A stretch of DNA of 20,000 nucleotides from Vicugna vicugna (GCA_013265495.1 MU057719.1:1052672-1072671); one strand, 5' to 3'; positions 9,097 to 20,000 are shown, counted from the stretch's first letter. Translations and numbers: made by a program. Notes: a model not told the origin generated them from the letters alone.

Positions 9097-10293
9097 TCAG
9101 CCTGCTCCAGCCAGACGTCCAGAGTCTGAGGTCAGGGGCGGAGGGGACGTGAAGGTGGGGAGGGAGGCCTCACTGACCTTGCCCTCGACCTTGGCGGGAG
9201 GAGGCCTCCACGATGGCCAGCCTGGAGAGGAGCCCCCAGAGAGCCCAGAAGAGGCAGCAGCAGGAGAAGGTTCCTGTGGCTGTGAGGGAGGGGCTCCGGG
9301 GTCAGAGGAGGGGGCTCCTGCCTCCCAGCAGGAGGCCTCCATGTCAGAGGGAGGGGCGTCCTCCCCAGCCCTGACTCCTGCTGCCCCAGAGCCCGAGTCC
9401 CGTCCATCAGAAGTGACCAGAGCAAGAGCCTGGGAGAGCCAGGGGCAGGATGGGTGTGGGTGGGGAGGGGCCAAGCCCCCAAAGCTGTGATTTGCTAAAA
9501 GCTGGCTCTGGGAGGTGACCAGGACGAGTTTGGTGTCCCTGGAGGCTGAAGGGGCGGCCCTGGGGGAGGGCAGGTAAGGGTCCCAGGCGGCTCCGCGGGG
9601 TGGGCGGGGTGAGAGGGGCTGGGCTGAGGTGTTTGGGGGAGGGGCTTTGGCCGGCACCCAGAGCAGGCTCCTCAGCACCCCCACCTCGACGGCACTGGGT
9701 GCTGTCCCCTTCATGGACCTGGTGATGCTGGGCATTGCAATGGAGGACAGTCTGGGTGGAAGCCTGGGGGCCGGGTCAACGGGACCCGGACCCCCAGGTT
9801 TAGGGGAAGAGAGCGCGCTCTGAGCCCTGAGCTTCCGACTGCCTACTCTGAGAGCCTCCCAGCGCCCTGGGGGCTGGGGCGTCATGCCCACCTGAGCCTG
9901 GAGTAAGCGGAGGCTACACAGAGCCCCTGGTCCAGGCCCCAGGCTGGTGGGCTCAGAGCTGCGGGAGGCTTGTCTGAGCCGGCTTGGCCCTTCCCTCAGG
10001 TGATGCCCGTGTGGAGGGAATTGGGGCCACCCCAGCATCAGGGAGCACAGAACTGCCCGAGCAGTCCCGAACTGCCCGGGGAAACCAGTCTCCCCATCGG
10101 TCATCAGAGAGGGTGGGGCTGGGAGGTCCCTGGGCCTCCCTCCCAAGTGCCCCTCCCAGGGCTCCAGGCCTGGCATAGGTCCAAGTCCTGTTTCTGGGTG
10201 TGCTCTGCTCCCTGGTGGTTCCTGGTAGTAATGCAGCACCAGAAGGGGCCAGGGTTGGGGCTGGGAAGAGGCTGGAGCTCTTTCCGCTGGACC
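9097..10293 (-). CDS. Putative large exon or ORF encoding a Pro/Ser-rich disordered polypeptide (unidentified; may be pseudogenic)
   Basis: Stop-to-stop open frame from TAA (10296-10294) to TGA (9099-9097), about 399 codons and the longest in the window. The plus-strand shadow frame has several stops. No recognised domain. Confidence 0.4.
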   Translation of the reverse strand, partial: GPAERAPASSQPQPWPLLVLHYYQEPPGSRAHPETGLGPMPGLEPWEGHLGGRPRDLPAPPSLMTDGETGFPGQFGTARAVLCSLMLGWPQFPPHGHHLREGPSRLRQASRSSEPTSLGPGPGALCSLRLLQAQVGMTPQPPGRWEALRVGSRKLRAQSALSSPKPGGPGPVDPAPRLPPRLSSIAMPSITRSMKGTAPSAVEVGVLRSLLWVPAKAPPPNTSAQPLSPRPPRGAAWDPYLPSPRAAPSASRDTKLVLVTSQSQLLANHSFGGLAPPHPHPSCPWLSQALALVTSDGRDSGSGAAGVRAGEDAPPSDMEASCWEAGAPSSDPGAPPSQPQEPSPAAASSGLSGGSSPGWPSWRPPPAKVEGKVSEASLPTFTSPPPLTSDSGRLAGAG

Positions 10294-11169
10294 TTAGCTG
10301 TCTGCCTTCCAGGGAAAGATGATCAATTTCCAGAAAAGGAGGGGAGTGGGCAGCTGTGGCCTCATGGCGGGGAAGGTGGGGTGTGAAATCAGAGCCCCTC
10401 TGGGGCAGACCCTCCCCGGCTCCATCCCCTGCATCTTACATTTATCTCGAGAGTTTGATGCACAGAGCAGAGGAGATCTGTCCCATTGGCTGGTGGTGGG
10501 AGGGCTGGCATCAGGGAGAACCTCTTGGAGGAGGGACATTTGAAACCAACTGTAAGAGAGAGGGTGTTGGATGGAGTTGGAGGGAGGAAGGTCTCATGTG
10601 AGCAAAGGTGGGGGGGGCAGCCCCCTGCCCCAGCTTGCAGCCCAGCCCCCAAGGTCTCACAGCATCCCTCACCCAGGCCTGTCTGTCCCCTGTCCTTCCC
10701 TCTGGCCCCGGGAATTCAAAGTAATCAGGGAGCTCTGGCTGCTCCAGGAATCTGCAAATCACTGAGACCAAGCAGCACTTTGGGGCCTGGTTCTGAGCCC
10801 TGGAGTGGCTCAGCGAGAATGAGCAGTGAGGCTGGGAGGAGTCAGGTGAGGGCAGGGCACAGCTGCCCTGGGGTCATGGCTCCCAGGCCAGCCCAGTCCC
10901 TGTTGTGTGAAGACCCCTGGGGCCCACGGGCTCCAGTGCAGGGACTGGCGCTGGGAGGGAGACCTGAGTGTGGGCCCTGGAAGCCAGCAGGTGCCTCTCT
11001 GTCCTGTGGCTACAGTTAGCCCTGCCAGCTGGGGGCCCCATTCCAGCCGGCCAGCAACATCCTCAAGGCGAAAAAGAAAAGGCTTTTTCAAGCTCAGGTG
11101 CAAGTGAGTGTTCAGGGTGGCAGAGGAAGGCTCCCTTGGGGCTCATTCTCAAATTAAAGAAAACATACA

Positions 11170-12265
11170 TCAGAGAGAAAAATAAATCCAATGATATGAC
11201 AATGTTATTTTTACCTAAATAGTATCATCTTTCAAGTCATGTCCAGAAACCTGACGTTTTCACTCAGCAAAATGTGTAGATGGTCATGTTTGAATATATA
11301 GACTTCGTCATTTTTTAAAAGCTGATGCATTGTATTTCAATGTATGAATAAATTGGTGTCTTTAATTATTTCCCTGATAATGGACATTGGCATTATTTAC
11401 AATTTTGTGCAATTACAAATAGTTCTTTCTTCTATCTCCTTGAGCAATACGGAGTGTTTTTCTCTTTCCTAATACATATGGCAAAATATCTTCTCTCAGT
11501 TCTCCGTTTATCTACTGATTTGAAGTGTGATAAATATAAATGTATAAATATTATGTAAATAGAATATGTAAATATACTTATAAATATACAAGTAGAATAT
11601 ATAAAATATATATCAGTGTAATAGAGTTTATCAAATATACCAAAATATTTATGTTTATTTCAAGACTTCTATTTCCATTCCTTTCCCAGTAGAACTGTGT
11701 TCTAACAGCACAATTGGATGAATAGTTTCATAATTTAGTAAGGCAAGCCGTCTCCTGTGTTCTGCTTTTCAAAACTAACTTATTATTCCTGTACATTAAC
11801 ATTCCTTTAAGGAGTTTAAAATCAGTTCCTTATGAATCAATTTTTATGAAAGAGTCTATTGGGGGCGGCTGTGTATGAATTGAATTTTTAGATTTATTTT
11901 GAGAATAGTGACATTTCCAATAGACAGCTACCCCCCGAAGACTCTTTACTCCCCTCGTTTCTTTTTCTTGCCCAATTGCGCTGGCCAGGGCCTCTGGTGC
12001 GACAGTAAATCCTGACAGTGAGGGTGGGTCGCCCTGCCTTACTCTGGTGGGGATGTCCTCCTGCTTCAACACTACACATGCTCTTTGATGAGGTGTTTGA
12101 TGCTGAGTAAAATCTCCTCTGGTTTTATCGCAAACACAGCTTTTTTACAGCATGATTGGTAATTTCTATCAAATGGCTTTTTAGCACTAATCAAGATGTT
12201 CCTATGGCCTTTTTTCTTCTTCTATTAATACAATGCTTTTTATTGATAGAGTTCCAAAATTGACC
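11170..12265 (-). mobile_element. Old L1 antisense fragments (AT-rich)
   Basis: taatggacattgg, ttttcttgcccaattgcgctggccaggg, tctatcaaatggctttttagcactaatcaagatg and tattgatagagttcc follow the antisense L1 3' UTR/ORF2. Includes an AT-rich low-complexity stretch at about 11530-11660. Confidence 0.8.
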
Positions 12266-13771
12266 AGTACAGAGAAACCAGTAGCTTTTATCCTCTTAAA
12301 GCAGCCACTTACACAAGAGTCCAGATCAGGCAAAGTCAGATAAGAAGTTGTTTACAATGGAGTCTTATGGGGTAAAACGTAAAATCGGGGAGTGGTCAGC
12401 ACAGAATCCGGGGGACTGGCTCTGGGAGGGAAGGGATGAAAGCCACACGGATGCCCCAGAAGGAAGCGGGCTGTCAGGTCCCCGAGCTCCTGCGTCCCGA
12501 GCTGCTCCCGTGCGCTAAGAATCACGGTCCAACTCACAGGCGTCTGCAGGAGCAGAGAGACCGTGTGTGTCCCACAAGGCTCTCCTGTGGTTACACAAGG
12601 AAAGGAAGGCCAAAAGTAACTCCCTGGGTTAAGGAAATCATGAATAAAAGGTGAGAAGAAATAAAGAAATCTCCGTTCTCACTACCAACTTGAGGAGGGT
12701 TGACAACGTCTGTTTTGTTTATCCCTTTGCATTCCACAAAATCTTCAAAGATTCTCAGGACCTCTGGGTTCTCGTCTCAGGTGCAGCCTGCAGGGCCGAT
12801 GGGTTAAGGTGGGTCTGGGAAGTTGAGGCAGGCCGGCCAAGCCCTTGTCGGTGGGGGGCCCTCTCCCAGGCAGGACGCCTGCCTGCTGTCCCCAGGGACA
12901 ACCCCAGGATGGCGCACTCCCTGCCAAGACATCCAGACAGTTGGGACCCTCCAGAGCCTTCAGGGTGAAGAGCATCTGAGTGCCCTTTGGGACAGGAGCC
13001 GCCTGAGCCCAGGAGCTGCCTGCATGGCTGAGGACCCTGAAGTGGTGCCCTGATCTGAGGACTCATAGGAAGAGGGGCCCCTCCACGGTCTTCATCCTGG
13101 AGCGCAGAGAACTGTGTTCTGCTGATGCATGCTGGGGAACTCCCTGCAGACACCCATCCTGGGCTCAGGTGCCCTGTGCCCCGACACAGTCTCCCCTCAG
13201 GGCCTCCTGTGTTTGACGGCTGGGTGGTGGGGAGGTACCACACCAAGAGAAGGGAGCCAGGCCATCAGTGCCTGCCTCCAGGGGCCAGAGACTGTCCCAC
13301 CTTCTTCTCCTCGCCCTGAACCCCTCAAGAGGGGACCCCCATTTTCCCAGCATGGCCATTAGGGCCTGTCCCCCCACCCCTGTGAAGGCACCCATCCTGG
13401 AGAGGGATGGGCTCTCGGTGCAGCCCTCGGCCCCTCCAGGACGTTTGCCTCTTCCAGCCTCCTGGGCCTGGCCTCTCCCTGGGGAAGTCTAGGTTGCAGA
13501 AGCTGCAGCCAGACCGCTCCTAGTGGGCAAAGGGCACGTCGCACCCCCTGCCCCTCCCAGCTGCACACCTGTGGTGTGTGTGGTCTACACACTGGGCCTT
13601 GCTTAGGCCGAAGGTTTGTCCCCTACGGAAAGTGGGGCAGACAGTGAGGAGAGAAAGGGCCTGGGAAAAGCTGCCCGGTGCGGGGAGGAGTGAGGTGGCC
13701 CGGGATGCCTGGGAGCGGTCTGGGCATCGCTGGGGGCCCTTGTGGTCTGTAGTCATGATGTGATTGGGGGA

Positions 13772-14854
13772 TCACCCTTGGCTCTGCACTGGCCTCTGCC
13801 CCTCTTCCAGCTGGGGGCAGGTGCAAAGAAAGCAGAGATTTGGGGTCCCAGGGACCTGGCCAGGACCATGGAAGGGCAGGAGTTCAGCGTGCGCAATTAG
13901 GAAGGGCGTGATGTAGGGGAAGGCAAGTGGACGTCGGGCAAGGTTGGCAGACAAAGACCCGGTGGGCTGGGGGCTTGTCTGGGGAAAGAACCCATGATAA
14001 ATAGGCTGGAAAGACACTACGCGAGTGCTGGCCAGAGGGACTGGCCCGAAATGGGGGTGTTTATATGTATAGAGTGAGGCCAAGGGAGTAGGTGGCAAGG
14101 GTCTGGTGAAGGAAGGGGGGAAGACAGGGCCCTGAGGGTCCAGGATGTCAGAAAGATCATCTTTGTGGATGAAGAGTGACCAAAAAGGGTCAAGTCACCG
14201 TGATGGAGAGAGACGTGCAGGCTTACACTCACACACACAGAGCTCCTGATCGGTACACGGGGTGGAGTTTGCCCCAAAGGCTGAGCGCTACTTCCTGGGG
14301 TGCCAGCTGGGGTGGGCAGCCCCCTCGGTGGTCACGCCACTGTCCTCAAGGCCCCTCCTGCAGCTGGAGACCCTCACCAAAGAGCTCCATCATCTGAAAG
14401 TCCTGATGGTTCGTCCTATCTTTGAACTAGGCGATGCCGTGGTCCCTCTCCACAATGAACCAGATGCTGATGACAGGTCTCCACCCTGGAAGTGACACGG
14501 ACTGGAGCCACAGTGGACGGATCAGAGTCCCCAGGGTCAGGGAGAGCAGAGGGAGGAGGGAGGCCTGGGCAGGGAGTTGTGGGGTCAGAAGGGTACAGGC
14601 TCAGACAGTCCTCGGGGAAGGGTGACATAGATGGGGGATGCAGGGACCATCCACTGTGGCCCCTCTACTGGCCTCAGGGTCTCTGCCCACAGCCAAGGTT
14701 CCCAGAGGCTCATTTCCATGAATTCTCCCAAACGCTGCGGGGAGTTTAAGAGCAACTGGCCAAACCCCAGACTTCCCGAGCAGCTCTCTGGATGGAGCAG
14801 AAGGGGCGATGGGTACTCTACCAACAGTGTGCGGTGTCCCCAGGGGCAGGGACC
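13772..14854 (-). pseudogene. Disrupted coding-like exon (strand somewhat ambiguous)
   Basis: Acceptor cctgtgcttcccccacctgcag at 14855 opens 90 codons (GPCPWGHRTLLVEYPSPLLL...). The same frame is open again 14194-13772 (LDPFWSLFIHKDDLSDILDPQGP...YTYKHPHFGP...). The middle reads protein-like only with frameshifts and stops. Confidence 0.35.
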
Positions 14855-15084
14855 CTGCAGGTGGGGGAAGCACAGGTGTCCTGGCTCTGGGCGTGGGACC
14901 AGCTTTGGTGAGAAAGGGTCACCGCTGGAGGGCTGGCCTGGGCAGGGAGCACTGGGGCTCCAGGGAACGGGAGACAGTTGCTTCGCACATATGGTGTGGA
15001 AGGACCGGGAGCTGCGGGGAGAACTGATGGATCTGAGTGCTGGACGGAGGAAAACTGCCCCATCCCCCCACCCCCGCCCCAGGT

Positions 15085-15155
15085 AGAGAGCTGAGGTTTT
15101 CAGGGCACAGGGATGGTGAGTCTGTCACAAGCACATGCAGCCAGATTCAGTCTGG
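15085..15155 (-). mobile_element. Possible MIR fragment
   Basis: ctgagg...gggatggtgagtctgtcacaagcacatgcagc loosely resembles the antisense MIR (ctgaggctcagagaggttaagtgacttgcccaaggtcacacagc). Confidence 0.35.
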
Positions 15156-15834
15156 GTGTCACCGTGTGTACTCCGGCAGAAATGCTGTCCCTAGGGCCCC
15201 AACCCTCCGTGTGGCTGAGCCAGTGGCCACTTACAGGATTGGAATTTCCCAGGTCTTATTTCCAGAAAAGACATTTTAAATAGTTGGCATCCACTGGGCT
15301 TCCCAGAAAACAGAAGCTGCCTTGTAGCCCATCTCTGGTGATGGACGTGTCTCCAGGTCTCTCGAGGGTGAGCCCTAGCTTCTCAGAGGGTGCCCTCCTC
15401 CCTCCCAGCCAGGGAACAACTCCAGCTCATGCACCCGGCCAGGCTCCTGCCCTGCCGGTCCCATCCGCCCTGCCAGTCCCACCTGAGGCACCGAGCAAAG
15501 CCCCCAGCCTGTAATTCTGCAGCACCTTTGCTCGACGAAATAAAAGGAGAGTTTCAATCCCAGGCATCATGCCCTGTACATCCCCGGCATGATTTCCGAA
15601 GCACGTGGTCTCCCTCACTAATGTCCCCAGGCAGCGCCGATGTGGCCACGTAGAATAAATAGTCAGGAACTTCGCCAGCGAATCTTGCTGACTTCTCCTC
15701 CCCCAGACCCCAAGCAGGGGCTCAGCTCCTCGCTGAAGCTCTCCCAGTCCCGCTGCACCAAGCGTGGGGACACTGCGGGCGGCAGGACTGGCGATCCTCC
15801 CGGGCCAAGCTTGCCCATCTGTCACTCGAGGGAA

Positions 15835-15890
15835 CTGCATCTTATTTATCTTTGTGTCCCCAGAGCCCAGGATGGAGTAAACCAGCACCC
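15835..15890 (+). mobile_element. L2 3' fragment
   Basis: catcttatttatctttgtgtccccagagcccag matches the L2 motif gtcttattcatctttgtatccccagcgcctag. Confidence 0.6.
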
Positions 15891-17323
15891 AGCGCGTGTG
15901 GCTGAGCGAGGGGAGCGAGCTAACGGCGCAGCTCCCTTCCCCCGCGGGGGCTCATGAAGGGACCTTCAGAATCGCACCATCAGGCCCGTGGGCAGGAACC
16001 CAACGCTCACCGTGCAGACAGCGGCCGGCAGGATCCTGGCCAGGCTGGTGGCCTGCTGTGGCGCATGCCCCGACCCCTTGCCCTGCCCGTCCCCGCCGCA
16101 GCGCCGGGCTGCGGGATGAACCCACCAGGGCCCCGCCGGGTGCAGCAGGAAGACAAGCGCTCCGCCTGCCCCCCGCCCGCCTGCCCACCTGTCCTGTGGA
16201 CAAGAGGCCTCTGTTGCTCGTCTCAGCAGAATCCCGTCCCACGGTTTGCACTCTGCCCTCAGGGATCCCCAGTGCCTGTCCACCCGTTTCTCCTGTTCCC
16301 CAAGCACCCACAGCACTGGGCTTCGCCAGGGGTGGGTGGGACAGTGAGACAAGGCTTGGAAAGCACGCTCCAGGTAACGGCACCGCGGTCCGTTTTCTGT
16401 ACACGATGGTGACTTCCCCTTATTTTCAGTCCCCCCACCATCACCTTTACTCCTACGGATTCTCCTAGGAGAACCAGCACATGGAGGACGCGGCAGACAC
16501 AGCACCGCCGGGCAGGCAGCAGCCGGCCCCAGAGCACAGGCAGGGAGTGAAGCCCGTTTCCTGCAGCCCCCAGGTGGGGACCGGGGAGCCCGGGGTGGGG
16601 TGGGGGGACACCCACACGATGTGTGTTCTAATCTCCAATAACCGTTGACGTTCCTCACAAGGCTGATGGGTGGCAGGGGAGATGATGCTTCTCCCTGGGG
16701 ATACCCATGTGTCCGGCCCAGTGCTGTGTGTACCGTCTCCCTAAAAGGCTGGGCGGGGAAAGGATGTCTGTAATAAAGGCTTTAGTCAGGAAAATACAGA
16801 AGAACTGTAAGGACTGAGCCTGGATATGTCTAAAATGACTAACATCTGCACAGGTGTCCGTAGCGCAAGGAAAATGGACTGTGAAGATTTGGGTGAACGA
16901 GAGAAAGAGGTTAGTTGGTTGAGGGAGATCTGAGAAGCAAACAGAAAGGACCAGAAAGGAAGTCTCTGTTTGTATGGGAAGAAAGACACAGCAAGGTGTC
17001 CCCATACTTGGGTCCTGCCTCCCACCCGTTCAGCAGGGGAAGCTGATCCTGGACGGAACGTCCCGTGAGATTTCCCCAGGGGCTGCCACAGCCCCCACCT
17101 CCTGAAGACGAGTGGGTTAATGGGCCCATTGAGCGGAGAACTGCAAAGGTACCGGACCCCGTAAGAGTCGGACGTCCCCAGATCCAGAAGCAGGGGAGCC
17201 GCAAGCAAAGCAAGAGGAGAGGGTGGAGCAGCTTCGTGGGGAGCTCCCGGCGGTGGTCAGGTGGACCTAGACTGTTACCTCAGAGGTGGCCCTGTGAGCC
17301 TTATCAATCCTGGCTCACAGGCC

Positions 17324-17605
17324 TCCATCCATCCATCTGTTCATGTATCCATCCATCCACCATCCCCCCCATCCATTCACTTGTCCATCCATCCATCTAT
17401 CCAACCTGCATTCATCCATCCACCCACTATCCACCCACCATCCTCCTATCATTCCACCACACATCCACTATTAATTCATCCACCCACCATCCATCCACTC
17501 GGCATCCATCCATCACTCACTCATCCATGGATGCATTCATCCATCCATTCTTTCATCCCTCCACCCACCACCCATTTACCTACCATTCGTTTATCTCTTC
17601 ATTTG
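17324..17605 (+). repeat. Degenerate (CCAT)n/(TCCA)n simple repeat
   Basis: About 280 bp of ccatccatccat variants. Confidence 0.95.
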
Positions 17606-18229
17606 CTAGATCATTGAGGAACTTGAGATAGAAATTATTATGATGGTGGCCATATGTTTCTTTGTCCTGACACGATGGAGGGCCCCAGGTCCTCTAACCA
17701 TTACTCTTGCCAAACTCTATCCCTTGAAACCAAGGACAGTTTTGTTCTGATGACAAGCACCCCTATGCAGGGCTGTCCCTGGGTTTGGGGCAGGACCAAC
17801 AACCAGCATCCTGGTTTCAGAGAAAGCTCCTGCCTCATCCTTGGGTCTGCCAAGTCTCACTTTCCTTGAGAGGCTGAAGGTCCCTCTCAGGATGAAGGAG
17901 CCCAGGCCTTTCATGGGTTGGGAGGAGGGGGGAGCCAGACATGGGTGTTTAACAGGAAAAAGACAAAGAGAGGGGATCTTGGGTCCTTAGCCATCAGGTT
18001 GACCATCTTCAAGAGTGGGAGGTGGACGTGGGGAGGCAAGTGGGCGGAGAAGATGCGGGAACCTTGGACTCTGCAGGGGGAGGCCAGGAGTTGGGGGTGC
18101 TTGGGGCACAGGCTCGAGTGTCAGGGACATCCAAGAGGCAGCCCCAACAGGAGGCACTGAGGGTCCCATGGAGGTGAGGCTGTGACCAGGGAATGGGTGG
18201 CATCTGGGCATTTGCAGAACTCAGATATT

Positions 18230-18480
18230 GTTCCAAGAGCACCATGGAGTTCCGAGGTTTCTGATATGTTTGGTAATAATGTGTTTGATTGTTAATATTG
18301 GCCCTAATGCAGTATCTTGCAAAACAAAGTAAGGCTAACATTTCTCATGTTTCCAGAAGATCTGTAAGAAGGGCTTGATATATGCCAAGTTCCTTTCAAG
18401 CCATGACTTTGAGCCCCCAACGGAACTACTTCTTAGAAAGGCCGCCTGACTGGCTCATAGCTCACTGGGATGAATCATTG
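18230..18480. promoter_or_regulatory. Enhancer-like non-repetitive AT-richer block
   Basis: Contains GAS TTCTTAGAA (18430-18438), forkhead/SOX-like tgtttg and aacaaag, HNF1-like gttaatatt, C/EBP-like ttgcaaaa, NFI half-site tgccaa and AP-1-like tgaatca, within GC-rich flanks. Confidence 0.4.
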
Positions 18481-19661
18481 TGTGCATTGCGCACTGTGGA
18501 CGGAAACCTGGCCAAGGCCTCCCTGGTGGGCGGGAAGGAGGCCCGCCGTCCCGGGGCGCGGCTCCCCCTCCCCTCCCTGAGACGCCCTCAAAGACGCAGA
18601 GGGGGCTCTGGCCGAAGTCCACCTGGGGCTGGGAGCAATAGGACTGAGACCCTGAGCCAGTGCAGGCGCCTGATCTGGGGCACCCTTGCTCCCATCACCC
18701 ACCTGTCCCACAGGCTCTCACCTTGTCAGACCGGGCGGGGGTAGACCCAGGCCCCTCGGCTCCCAGCACAGAGAGCAGACCCAGCCCCGCAGCCAGGACG
18801 AGCAGCCGCATGTTCAAGGCCTCACGTCTGCTCTGCGCTCCCCCGGCCTCCCTGCCTCTCATTTATCCTCCGGCTCCAGTCTGTCCAGGAGACAGGATCC
18901 CGCCCCGCCCCCCACCTTCACCAAAGGCCCCTCAGTTTTGCTGTGTAGGTGGTGATCCAATTGTTTTGTTTGGATCCTGTGAATGGCTGTTCTCAGTTTC
19001 GGGTAATTAGCTCATTACTCTCGAACGGGATGCCTTCTGAGAGCCTTATCTGGGAGGGAGGCTGTCATCAGGAAGGGAAGGAGGGGCCCCTGGATTAAGA
19101 GCCAGGAGATAAAACACCGGCTTCCCTACGCTCCCCGCCCCCCACCCCCTGCCACAGGGCCTTCCTGCACCAGCCCTGGTCCCTCGATCTTCCCCAGGAG
19201 AGCTAATCCACGTCCTGGCTCCAGCTGCCACCTCGGAGCTGATGTCCCCGTGCCCCGCTTTACTCCCAGACCTCCTGAACCCCAGGCTCAGCATCACGCC
19301 CTGAACACCTTCACCAGGCTGCCCGTCACACCACTGCAGCCCCTCCCCCAGGCGGGCTGGATTGATCTTCCCCACAAATGTCCCCGGGCTCCTGTGTTCC
19401 CTTTAGGGCCCCCAGAGAGGCCTCACTGACCCTCTGGAAACTTCTCCTCTGCTGCCCACGCAGCCCGAACACTTTGCCCCCAACCCCTACCCCACGTGTC
19501 CTGAATCCACCTCCTCCCTCTGTTCCTGCCCCTTCCCCCCTCATTCCAGTCTCCTGGGTGCAGCTCAGCCACCAACCAAAGCACCCTGAGTGGCCTCCAC
19601 TTCCCTGCCCCCCATTCTGCTCCCAGAACTTTCTACCAAAGTGCAATGGCATCGTCTGGCC

Positions 19662-19908
19662 CCTGTGCACGTGTGCGTGCAAGTGTGTGTATGCATGTTT
19701 GTGTATATGCTTGTGTGTGACATGCGTGTGCATCTCGGTATGCACGTGCATGTGTGTGTGTGCACACGTGCCTTTCTATGTTGACGGATGTGCACGTGTG
19801 TGCATCATGGGCACAGGTGTCTTGCGAGGGTGTGTATGTTTCATTGTGTGTGTATTGTGCTGTGTCTGTGCTGCAGGTGTGACTGTGTGTGTGTCTGTGT
19901 CTGTGCAT
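19662..19908 (+). repeat. Degenerate (TG)n/(TGCA)n purine-pyrimidine repeat
   Basis: tgtgcacgtgtgcgtgcaagtgtgtgtatgcatg... extends for about 245 bp. Confidence 0.9.
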
Positions 19909-20000
19909 GGTCGAGGGAGGTTCCAGAACATTCCCTCGGCTACACAGTTCTTACGCCAGTGGTGGGTGGTCCCATCCCCACCAGACCCAGAACCTTCTCT

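Noticed and set aside
3128..11521. Exact 16-mer gtttatctactgattt at 3128-3143 and 11506-11521
   Set aside because: Both copies lie in antisense L1 relics and probably derive from the same consensus position. There is no evidence that they are a TSD of the intervening 8 kb.
7462..13622. 36-nt and 54-nt exons as collagen exons
   Set aside because: The sizes fit, but no frame gives Gly-X-Y repeats.
13623..13826. GIPGHLTPP peptide reminiscent of C1orf127/CIROZ
   Set aside because: Short low-complexity match from memory. No ZP-N domain exons or other matching segments were found.
14138..14830. KIIFVDE as a Walker B/GT8 motif and WMEQKGRWVLY as a WWE/crystallin motif
   Set aside because: Isolated motifs with no surrounding domain features, and the coding strand is uncertain.
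15566..15593. 8-bp inverted repeat atcatgcc...ggcatgat, p53-like
   Set aside because: Half-sites deviate from RRRCWWGYYY and the stem is short.
15896..16658. Overlapping 150-230 aa ORFs on both strands
   Set aside because: GC-rich stop depletion opens several frames at once, and no domain or codon signal favours any one of them.
17291..17321. Perfect 10-bp inverted repeat cctgtgagcc...ggctcacagg with an 11-nt loop
   Set aside because: Too short for a pre-miRNA or MITE, and plausible by chance.
17065..17631. 188-aa and 118-aa His/Pro/Ser-rich ORFs
   Set aside because: Produced by the stop-poor (CCAT)n repeat.
19326..19908. His/Thr- and Val/Cys-rich ORFs
   Set aside because: Translation of the (TG/CA)n simple repeat.
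1..20000. CRISPR arrays, tRNA/rRNA genes, prokaryotic systems
   Set aside because: The sequence is mammalian, with no repeat-spacer array or recognisable structural RNA gene.

Overview
GC-rich placental-mammal genomic DNA, identified by ancient MIR, L2 and L1M relics and a solo ERV LTR. I see no lineage-specific young SINE (no Alu, B1/B2, Bov-A/tA, PRE1, Can-SINE). I cannot recognise any intact, nameable protein-coding gene, and most ORFs in the track are GC-content artefacts. Several minus-strand segments do look like coding or decayed coding exons of a Pro/Ser/Ala-rich protein: about 440-1610, 9097-10293 (about 399 stop-free codons) and 13772-14854. Small exons with good splice signals lie around a CpG island at about 7540-8720. 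Together these suggest an unrecognised multi-exon gene or pseudogene. Regulatory signals include an NF-kB site 2 bp from a STAT GAS site in the island, a strong CTCF motif and an enhancer-like block at about 18230-18480. Several L1 relics are unusually GC/CpG-shifted, consistent with local GC-biased gene conversion. Repeat boundaries are approximate and come from remembered consensus sequences, not a database search.
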